Origin: an uncultured Candidatus Peregrinibacteria bacterium
GTDB taxonomy: Bacteria; Patescibacteriota; Gracilibacteria; Peribacterales; Peribacteraceae
Assembly: GCA_903825315.1 (NCBI GenBank)
Contig: CAIKAD010000004.1
Location: 6,298-70,297 of the forward strand
DNA length: 64,000 nucleotides
Reading direction: 5' to 3'
In this document: positions 62,401-64,000 of the stretch, piece after piece
Position numbering within the stretch: position 1 is the stretch's first letter
Layout of the letters: every line of letters starts with the position of its first letter
Position numbers and translations under genes: made by a program
The notes under the pieces: model-generated
Database searches by the model: none
Seen by the model: the letters and a program-made list of their open reading frames with translations, nothing else
What the model was told of the DNA's origin: nothing

Positions 62401-64000
62401 ATGGTTACGCCGTATGTCTGGTTATTGAGTGTACCGGAGATGAGTGTGAGGTCGGCAACGATGAGCGGATCCTCCAGGGTCCACACGCCGCCCGTGCCGC
62501 TAAATTTGACGTTGCCGAAGGTAGCGCCGCCGCTCCGGATGGTCTTGCCGGCGCTCGTGGCGGCAAAGGTGCCTGTGCCCGTGGACGTGACCGCGCCGCC
62601 CGTTGCATCCCAGTTGCCGTTGACCGTGTAGGCGTTGGCGCCCGCGTTAAAGGTGCCGTTGATGTCATAGTCATCCGCAGCCACCTGTCCGCCCGGAGCG
62701 AAGGTGTCGCCCGTCCAGACAAAGAGTTCCTTGGTCGAAGCAACAGTCAGATTTCCACCCGCCACTGTGTAGAGGGCAGAGATGTCACTGTCGCCATTGT
62801 TGGCGGCCACGGCGAGCTTGGCATTGGTTACAGCAGCAGAGCCGGATTCGCTGCGGACGATGAGGCGGTTCTGGTAGAGGTCGATGCCCTCCATGGCAGA
62901 GCCAGAGGCGATGACTACCGTTACCGCCTTCTCCGTTTCGCCGTCCACGAAGAGCGTGATGATGGAGCCGCCGGTCATGGCGATGCCGTTAAAGGCGAAG
63001 GCGCCGTTGGCGTTGGTCGAGATGGTCCGGATGGTCGGCCCGCCGTTTCTGCTCACGCCGATCGCCTTGTTTGCCATGGTCGTGGAGCCCTCATCGCTGT
63101 AGAGCGTGCCGGAGATGCCGTGGCCGAAGTACCAGTGGTTGTTGTTGCCACCGTCCACGTTGGTGCCGCCCGTGGCGTCGATCTGGATACCCGCGGAGGC
63201 GTCCGAATTCTTGACTGTGACGTACTGAGCCGTGGCGGTGCTGCCGTTGACCGTGAGCGTCCAGGCGCCGGTCGCGCTAAGGTTGAGGAGGTCACTCTCT
63301 TCGCCCATCAGGCTCAGATTCCCCCCGACGTTGATCACCGATCCCGGCAAGCCTTTGGGCTCAACCTGTCCCGAAATTCCAAATACCATATTCCCAATAC
63401 TCGTAATCCTCTTTCCGTTAAAGTCCACTGTACCGGACATCACGTTAAGGCTGTTCAAGGTGCCCGTGCCCGTGAAGACGACCTTGCCATGTGTCTTGTT
63501 TATCGCAATGCCTTCCACGCTCTGGCCGAAGAAGTTGATCTGCTGGTCGGTAGAGCCGGACATGGTGATGGTGCCGGTGCCCTTGGACCAGGAGATGGGA
63601 CGAGTGCTATCTCCATTGAACGTAACGTTCCCGTGGAATTCCAGATTCGGATTGTTGCTGCCGCTGATGATGAGCGCGCCTAGAGTGTTGTAGTTATAGA
63701 ATTCAAGCGCCGATGCAAAGATGGTGGTACCGGCCGGCCAGGTAAACGCCCCGTTTGTGCCCTCAATTCTGAATAGGGAGGTGGGAGCGTAGGTGCCGGT
63801 GGGCAAAGCCACAGACCTATAGAGACTGATCACGGCCGGTGTGATGGTGGTCGGATTGGAGAGGGAAAGCGCTGTGTTCCACTTGAGCGTGCCGTTGCCT
63901 GTAACAGTACCGTTCGCTCCCTGCGTGAATCCGCCGTCACACCAGAGTGTTCTATTTGTAATGGTGAGCGCGCCATTCACCGTGAGCGGACCGTAGAGAT
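41448..64000 (-). CDS. giant modular surface/adhesin-like protein, >7,516 aa, 5'-partial (continues beyond the window)
   Basis: Single open frame from the window edge to TGA at 41448-41450. The track starts at GTG 63980, but the upstream in-frame codons (LYGPLT) are open and continue the repeat pattern. Gly/Thr/Ser/Asn/Val-rich beta-helix-like repeats plus the domains listed below. C-terminal TM anchor. Confidence 0.9.
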   Translation of the reverse strand, partial: LYGPLTVNGALTITNRTLWCDGGFTQGANGTVTGNGTLKWNTALSLSNPTTITPAVISLYRSVALPTGTYAPTSLFRIEGTNGAFTWPAGTTIFASALEFYNYNTLGALIISGSNNPNLEFHGNVTFNGDSTRPISWSKGTGTITMSGSTDQQINFFGQSVEGIAINKTHGKVVFTGTGTLNSLNVMSGTVDFNGKRITSIGNMVFGISGQVEPKGLPGSVINVGGNLSLMGEESDLLNLSATGAWTLTVNGSTATAQYVTVKNSDASAGIQIDATGGTNVDGGNNNHWYFGHGISGTLYSDEGSTTMANKAIGVSRNGGPTIRTISTNANGAFAFNGIAMTGGSIITLFVDGETEKAVTVVIASGSAMEGIDLYQNRLIVRSESGSAAVTNAKLAVAANNGDSDISALYTVAGGNLTVASTKELFVWTGDTFAPGGQVAADDYDINGTFNAGANAYTVNGNWDATGGAVTSTGTGTFAATSAGKTIRSGGATFGNVKFSGTGGVWTLEDPLIVADLTLISGTLNNQTYGVTINGNYFSATTMTANQGTGTWTFAGAGKTIKAESGTPNSIRNVSIPGSYTCNDLRLGSANSGSLTVGGSLTISSSKGLYVVGSSNNFVSITGTLTGAGNLGIIPKTNVTLGALNTTISEIFMSSWSTHTTVTLTGDWRTSGRLRVGYYASATSSVTLDLNGYNLNATNLYLASGVATDIGHIKFRTGTHRITNDFTVRYNTASTADLGSSTILVGGSWDTRHVHVTPGTSTVILNKTSGTGSINSGTGGSVFYNLTQSGAGNWTISGSNLQIGNNLTLQSGAGTFDNAKYGKNITVPGNVTMNNTKTSLGNGTWTVGGNFDWSAASTVSTNASTIVLTGSGKTFRAPNTKANLNALTVATGAAITIPSGAGGHSVSGLFTLNGKLTQNSVSNLMLLGGMRQGVNGTMDGSGPLNPAAGTLFFSRSEAVAPAIMNLDTQYGIILPAGRYASPSQFRFYGSSTANQTFTWQAGTYTFLAPVTFLQSGTGDKTFTISAANNPTLVFLSDVAITQTTGTIAWSKGAGTLVFSGSTAQNVNLLGKSVDAVTVNKTHNGVTFTGTGTMTSLNVASGTVNFNGKKITTVADMTLGTTAQVNTTGLPGSIITVGGNLSLAGTVGTPLNLTATGTWTLSVAGTAGAEYVNVAGSDARGGSAIVARASTDNGNNHNWVFGKTITGKLYSDEGSTPLSNRKVSVSVNGRAVSGSGVTNAAGVFQIHSWANMTGGSVVTLFADTNGGDAAVLVTLGSGSSMTGVSLYKDRLIVRSDSGSTAITNVNLDIADNVNDSDIAAIFSTSNGNLTLASGKELHVWTGDSFVPGGNVTADDYHVLGTMAAQNYTVNGNFTVAANSFTATGNGTFASTSAGKTVTATGGTLGNVTFNGNGGAWTFQTNLTMSSATLVAGAVTDNRKTVRVDGDISVGNTSGILTSTGIWEMSANGNISNPYFWNTTFRTLQIDAGVTATKTDEVNTQKLIMGANALIQGNSNIRITYPLVDDFLDIGTGASIATSTVRIYNTATRSQKALHLPNVSFILNYSAMLVRMTGDWNILSLSIYAGGNNTSESASAVLDTNGYNLTVANSISLGTTNAGYPNGYQGKLIFKNGTHRIGGNVYVNTGAGGTHGYLELGSGTILVGGNLDGTYATIRPQTSTVVLNGSAPQTVNSGTGATVFYKLTHSGSSTVTVTENGIRMGSGLTLKATAGTFNMNDFGLSASGLTIMGGAFSGGTGIMDMNGNVTLAGGSFIAPTGTFNVAGDWNKTGGTFNHNNSTVIFDRASGIQTLNTGGTDAGSLFYNVTHAGSGTLRPVTNSLSLSGALVDSGSGTLDLSTSGRNLTVEGSVTLTRGKVLAGGIMTIGGDLNFGSVTTWNKGTSTVVMVGNGVTLTDKKGDNTGELYNLTVQTGASVIATSVTTSAGISNNLTINGTFSIASGKLYWSEGNCTVTVGRSGVLTGAGMLGFYGPQAGKGLTSIANGGTVSVGTLDFDRPNAAAILAPATYNVGSFIVADTDGAGGTWTPSAGTYVINGNVLFRNNNAATTITINNANNANFVITGNLTLQQNAGTFVYTKGTGTITMSGSTNQQINLLGRSVEGVAINKTHGKVTFTGTGTLNSMNVMSGTVDFNGKRITSIGNMVFGTSGQVEPRGLPGSVINVGGNLSLAGTTDDLLDLSATGSWTLNVTGTADATGVKVAHSDASGGRMINVTDLESEDRGHNRNWNFNVNAWNYSRRISIDHTNVDADLSNFPLLVTMTADASLDNNAQSSGADIRFATSTGWMLPYEREDYHTRAGSGSGNFWVKVPKIATAQDTEITMYYGNARARDGQMARDVWDANYRGVWHMRDGTNLSGADATANGNTLSVNGATAGAGRMDGAAVFSGTSQDMETSSAMSFGTGNFSVSLWLKAAADTGTYSAILDDGAPQDSAHAGYQLFLSSGNLRINVSNGAGNWAETFVSPGNDLRDGTWHYVTWVYNGSNSTFTLDGTTKTPIAWTYGTGNPSTVLKIGRSWVSDFKGSMDEVRIAGTARSPAWTKFEYWNMRGSGSTIGNPNRQTIAGKFTSDEGTTALAGKKVSLSLNGGRVVGSGTTDVNGNYVITGIPAMTGGTIVTVYSDNNAQQAVTVTLGNGGSMTGISLYQDRLIVRSEFGNQQVTNGLLASATFSGNSDSDIAALYSVAGGNLTVAAGKELHVWTGDSFVPGGNVTVTDLHVLGTMNVQTNVYTIAGNFTAAQNAFTSTGTGYFVATSAGKTITATGSTFGYVQFNGVGGGWTLQTNISMSKNLTLLNGTLDASSKTMSVGGSWDTSAAGGTFVSGTSTVNMTGNGTLKTRTGNNFHNLIITTPGQTITLLTTVKVMNVATVGSTSGNRVTVSPSGSSYLYLSGANPIPLVLNGTGNADPGYSFTTNIFYNNTANVTVAGGTYGVGFYCMPQGTYTCTLGGAVSVPGNILQIYSATTNATATLDTAGYAVTAGQIFVGSTTQYGTLIANNSAITLSGQVNVKPANVAGSNILDLGSSTWNVKGDWKNEDMVLPGTSTVVMNKTSGTQYVVQTAAASGSFYNLTQSGAATVTVSGSNLRTNNNLTMKSTAGIFSLNGKNLTASGLTLNGGTFTGGASNVDVNNVTIAGGTLSAPTGTFTVAGSWNKTSGTLTHNNGTVSFDGASGIQTLNAGGTDAGSTFYNIKQTGAATLRPATNDLKTASGITLLAGAGTFDNATYDRNITVLGNVTMESSRVDLGDGTWTVSGNFDWSGTPGDVLRGTSTLVMTGVGKILKAPYSSTKTRDLYNLTIATGASVTVPSSVSYHNQYGLVTINGALTNNATLTWSCYNGFTQGISGSVAGTGKLFWRSAAPVTLSNASAIVQNTLYAFRTLSLPPGTYAPTNEFILYNDAPGNATLTWQAGTYTFTSLFRALQFYQSTGTWTISGANNPNFVFLKNVTIQQDTGTTVWTKGTGTITMSGSTTQLVDLAGKSVEAVTVNKTAGTVQFTGTGTLTSLNVQNGTVDFNGKKITTVGNVTLGTTAQVNPVGLPGTTLTVGGNLSLTGEQNDLLNLSATGAWTLTVNGASATAQYVTVAWSDASNGREIDAAGGTNVDGGHNQHWNFGHDLSGTVYSDKGSTPLGNQTVRVAVNGTDYVRTAETNATTGVWSIANVPYAAGSVLTVYLEDETADAVAVTLGGTGNLSGLHLYQNRLIVRSDSGAYVLTNANLATAAVAAEDDIANIYSVTSGNVTVGGSKELFVWTGDTYAPGGNVTTGHMDIRGTLNAGSGLIAVSGTWQNKGTFNAQTSTVDLNGTSQTMTGSTTFWNLRKKTVAADTLTFYTGTTQTVGNRLSMSGAVANLLSLRSSATGLQWMIDAQGTRAIGNLDVQDSWNTNAAKMMCATGCVNRGNNRNWHFGATSTLLVSSLNPSTFGSGVTLTATVTPAMATGTVIYKDGDVTIGTITLSHASGSMSIATLGGGSHNLTAIYNGNSEYNGSTSNTVNQTVNKANVAVSLTSNLNPSTFSSGVTLTANVTPATATGTFTFKDGVVTIGTVTVSHGSGSMTISTLGAGTHSLTAVYSGNANYNTRTSNTVNQIVNKKDTAVSLTSNLNPSTFSSGVTLTANVTPATATGTFTFKDGVVTIGTVTVSHGSGSMTISTLGAGTHSLTAVYSGNQNYNGETSNTVNQTVNRKNTTTNLSSSQNPSTYSGSVTLTASVLPVTATGSFTFKDGNVTIGTATVSHGSGSMVTTQLGGGSHSLTVVYSGNQNYNGSTSNTVNQTVNKATSTVSLASSQNPSTFSNSITLTGTVSPWTTTGSLTFTDGNVVIGTATLGHASGSISISTLAAGSHNLTVTYSGNANYNGHTSDTVVQTVNKANVAVNLISSLNPSTFGSGVTFTATVIPATATGTVTFKDGNVTIGTGTLAGGVASMNISTLIVGTHNITATYNGNQNYNNQTSDILPQVVGIYVTSVTFTSSLNPSTFNDTVTLRAVINDPVATGTVTFKDGNVTLQTVTLSHASGSYVISTLAAGNHNLTAIYSGDANHTTAQASLLQTVNKANTTTILSSSQNPSTFSNSITLTASVTPSTATGTATFKDGNVTIGTATLSRGSGTLSISTLAAGSHNLSVIYSGNQNYNGSTSAAVNQTVNHANVTVTLTSSRNPSALDDNVIFTATVAPVTATGTVTFKDGNANLTVVTLGHGSGSMNTTTLAVGTHAITAVYSGNQNYNGTGSNLVSQVVRMYVSGRLFSDEGLTGLNGRKVSLSLDGGAVTASGTTDVNGAFRIRAPQDMTDASVLTLFVSGQAEKAVTVVLGSGSSMTGISLYQNRLIVRSENGAAVTNANLDTADGSNDNDIAAIYGTAGGNLTVVAGKELHVWTGDSFVPGGQVTTADLHVLGTMNVQTNVYTIYGNFTSAENAFTATGTGTFAATAAGKTITATGGTLGKVVFNGAGTWTFQTNLTMSSATLLAGNVTDNRKTVRVDGNISVANAANLLTSTGIWDMSANGSVGNPYPVSPYNSINALRIDAGVTATRTSTVFTKSVSLGAGAVIQGTSILVLAFPSVDDFIDLAAGANITGNRTNIYIYNGTTRSQKALTVSDEVRIIYGKANATLRMTGNWSTGSLWVYGDTGTTTPMILDTNGYNLTVNGDLRLGYSTVSTNDAYQGKVVLNGGTHRITGNLLVDGQYTHGTLELGSGTVLLGGNFDGRNATVLPQTSKVILNKTAGLQTITSGTGGNVFFNLTQSGAATRNVTGYALSIGSGFTVNAGTFNMNGSGVTVGKNFTNGAGATFQAGSGMLTVNSNFSNSGTFQNGHGTVTLNGMNQSVSGNTTFWDLRKQMTGTGTLTFVAGSTQTVQNRWSMSGSSLGRLFLRSSIPGYQWYINPQGTRVIGWLDVKDSNNTNATAISATNTNSVNSGNNTNWVFALATTTSIASSLQNSSYGQGILFTVTVTPAAATGSVTIASGSLALGTVTLGHGSGSLATNALGIGNNQIKASYDGNTQYLASEGTTLQTVTKATTATALTSSPNPSVLSGTVTITATTSLSQPWTEAGDQEGFASNWNFRGASESNTNHGVLYWDYYGTSSTDSYASPWEEQGDTNNRFTQWSMSGATGMNTNQGVLYWSVSNVAPNNETVRLFRSSVGGVGNIVAMGSRNGSGTIALFPVNSSRLWGTVAWNGIPENYYIGNQDTPRQENRLVGNHIMTQPSFIVRAYKDAGKTQLVAMGSGAYAWPFLLKPQNDSGLSGSVSLGGPGSDFGPENILMGILGANITGNVAVQSGLDGAIGTIVLGHGSGSIVTDNLSLGTHAITGAYAGNATYAASNSSSFNHRVLSPGSIAGTLYGDDGHWIITTSGKKISLTINGGPVVSSGSTDAGGNFSLPTPAMTGGTVMTMYVDDNLATNVGGGTDAVLVARGLTGSLMDMNLYQNRLIVRSGSGVTVTSADLALARNSATSDGDVTDVLTTATDTSMTLSDGKELYIWQGASFAPTGNLNVTAVSNHGTFTTSTGSTITLGGTSQGNWHNAGTFTAGTLSIVNITSPYLTMSGSTTFGTLRKVATANWQTLYFNRDAVISVRDSLTLGAINPGWNPTLLTEPIRLQLRGFGMYNYTYGKPKPPILRLLPGAEQDLSYLDVYDSDARGGQMLVCLAPGCKLNMNSNTFNWRFKPQILTISGTLYQADGKTPLQRIDPYNTNQTYGLPVTWRSDGGDMIAFTHSNPVTGAYTLSGADLSGGEIISINIDWWEMNAVTVLVASGSSMTGIDLYRDTLITRTAKFDTPMRSSYLATAAGQNGTYMSGSFIMGTSTNYGRPNFLQLKPGQRFLVWDSFQADGDTVSPEVNVRGDYLLNGFTLASSGVSLIDRSAAFYAGTGSVSIKGPLAMSGGTFYAGAGSLSTQTFTLSGGTFYNGMGGMQTQGAVSMNWGTFYGGGGNVTASGPMSMNGGTFYAGTGSVVAQSFTLSGSTFRCGIGGVRTQGALQMNGGSFYNYGGTVTASGPLTVNGGIFHAGTGSVAAQAFTLSGGTFYNGMGGMRANGPFMMRSGSFYAGTGSVRVQNFTLSGSFYQQAAPLYVSGNLHIASGATFQKAASSGARLILNGDLEIKDEVGTNLGDVQIGESPDTITLGSSILADNLTIKTGDVLITNGYNIAVTGTFINSGTLIATGSDGRASRISVGGTFSNFGTVTAGNATFALSGDYTNNGTFTADTSTVQFLGSNQTIRGATTFNNFTRMATSADTLTFAAGVTQSVTGTLTLMGVEGGLLSLRSTSTGTQWKINPTGTNNVRYVDVKDSNNISGSSISIQLAGSAIDSGNNVGWSFGGTGTGTILGTVWNDVNGNGTKDGTETSGVQGVTLNLSGNTTTGASLALSRTTGSDGSYAFSGIVRSNSAGYAIAVNTATVPSNWIRTSATSRTAVVIGTGSTETFNAGFVRGSTIRGTVFFDPNVNGQQESTENQIFAGAVVTLSGTSSTGGTLSLRALTTSTGAFAFTNLPPSQSSYLVIVEPPSAFFSSTTNSRSVTITAGGQLTIENFGYHRATGKNGEPIVTGTGASLSGGTLTEIPMTGTGAQPIIVRPATPGQEVTQPVIDDGSLNNGTGPERSQLLELIRQRREEERAQQRAIRMALQPYRTETLKEVLKQRLSGIAFGGIEELAPQSMQGVWGMLRPLALTMVRDSFTDMGTETKQYALLIQSRWKPEMRALARRFNNTMESAQVAFTQLGDLPGVMGTLGKGMQGIATELALNTGAVAQYMAQALGTSGRQFASLGSGTLGALHNAVAFVGTQLGLETDHAAQGIAQVSVAVADRLADAVTGGNDALQNAVTGLTSIVRPQQIARTPEQRQYRTSMFQKDGKIMLASFSLSVSDTFGSPYQKTTVILFSTPKVTTTNADGVAVFHDVETGTHQVEIHVGNNRVEKRMIVIEPPAGLTVEAERRTDVVLPMIRVMVEDRNRAPLTTGIPTIAWVIITILVGSNAALGILLWHRNRRGKGGKRPRPILPHVHRQHGADPSAQHARTSLQDRDHTKNDLF
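41592..41663 (-). other. C-terminal TM helix of the giant protein, followed by a basic tail
   Basis: IPTIAWVIITILVGSNAALGILLW then HRNRRGKGGKRPRP. Preceded by APLTTG (41664-41678). Confidence 0.8.
42930..43553 (-). other. two SdrD-B-like (Cna-B/CarboxypepD_reg-type) domains in the giant protein
   Basis: GTVWNDVNGNGTKDGTE...GSDGSYAFSG and GTVFFDPNVNGQQES...TSTGAFAFTNLPP match the G.V..D.N.NG..D ... G.Y.F..L pattern. Confidence 0.7.
44335..44935 (-). repeat. ten tandem 19-20-aa units FY.G.G....Q.F(T/S)L(S/N)GG(T/S) in the giant protein
   Basis: ...FYAGAGSLSTQTFTLSGGT|FYNGMGGMQTQGAVSMNWGT|FYGGGGNVTASGPMSMNGGT|FYAGTGSVVAQSFTLSGST|..., with a 3-unit super-period. Confidence 0.8.
46710..47384 (-). 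other. ~225-aa unknown domain nested inside an Ig-like repeat of the giant protein
   Basis: The Ig repeat is split: ...LSGTVTITATTS [insert LSQPWTEAGDQ ... ENILMGILGA] NITGNVAVQSGLDGAIGTIVLGHGSGS.... The insert is Trp/Tyr-rich with a repeated N.GVLYW. Confidence 0.65.
49779..52253 (-). repeat. array of nine 90-92-aa Ig-like (Big_3_5-type) repeats in the giant protein
   Basis: Unit: ..LTSSLNPSTFG..VTLTATVTPATATGTVTFKDGNVTIGT.TLSHGSGS..ISTLA.GSH.LTA.YSGN.NYN.STSN.V.QTVNKA. Nine consecutive copies (825 aa). Confidence 0.85.
51432..51983 (-). repeat. near-identical tandem pair of 276-nt Ig units (repeats 2 and 3)
   Basis: 71 consecutive identical residues (AVSLTSNLNPSTFSS...THSLTAVYSGN). About 9 nucleotide differences over about 213 nt, all synonymous. 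Confidence 0.85.
56316..57254 (-). other. DUF2341-like + LamG/concanavalin-A-like lectin module in the giant protein
   Basis: WNYSRRISIDHTNVDADLSNFPLLV...DIRF...LPYERE...FWVKVP...ITMYYGN is the DUF2341 pattern. It is followed by GVWHM..... ... FSVSLWLK...GTWHYVTWVYNGS..TFTLDG...MDEVRI, the Laminin_G_3 pattern. Confidence 0.7.

Overview
GC-rich bacterial chromosomal window using the standard genetic code (TGA, TAA and TAG all terminate well-supported genes). I count about 40 protein genes, one tRNA-Glu, no rRNA and no CRISPR. Positions 1-41 kb hold housekeeping and transport genes: a YhhQ-like transporter, Fic, an ABC-2 exporter, a HlyD + DHA2 MFS pump, an RlmI-like methyltransferase, a type IV pilin-like protein, proS, VIT1/CCC1, hpf, L25/Ctc, a GT2, a membrane pyrophosphatase, uvrC, pyrG, pyrD-pyrK, a small GIY-YIG protein and GlsB. 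Four less ordinary items sit among them. (1) A 7TM / ATP-grasp / retropepsin-like / MATCAP(DUF1704, QEGLA) cassette is start-stop coupled to hpf and broken by a frameshift in a (GC)n run. (2) A tight operon encodes 3-4 uncharacterised proteins with Pro/Thr/Ala-rich tails. (3) A 725-aa protein carries a C-terminal LOG/SLOG domain. (4) UvrC is unusually long and carries a GNAT-like insertion. Many intergenic regions hold palindromic elements whose arms are short tandem repeats (period 9 nt in four families, 7 nt in one). Two of these elements enclose four-helix-bundle (23S-rRNA-IVS protein / Avd-like) genes, and single arms run in frame into uvrC, a GT2 gene and both four-helix-bundle genes. The last 22.5 kb (41448-64000, minus strand) is one uninterrupted ORF of more than 7,516 codons that is still open at the window edge. 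It looks like a modular giant surface protein: beta-helix-like repeats, 9+2 Ig-like domains, DUF2341+LamG, SdrD-B-like domains and a C-terminal TM anchor, followed by a lipoprotein gene and a terminator. Lineage cannot be determined from the sequence alone. All domain calls are by eye from motifs; no searches were run.
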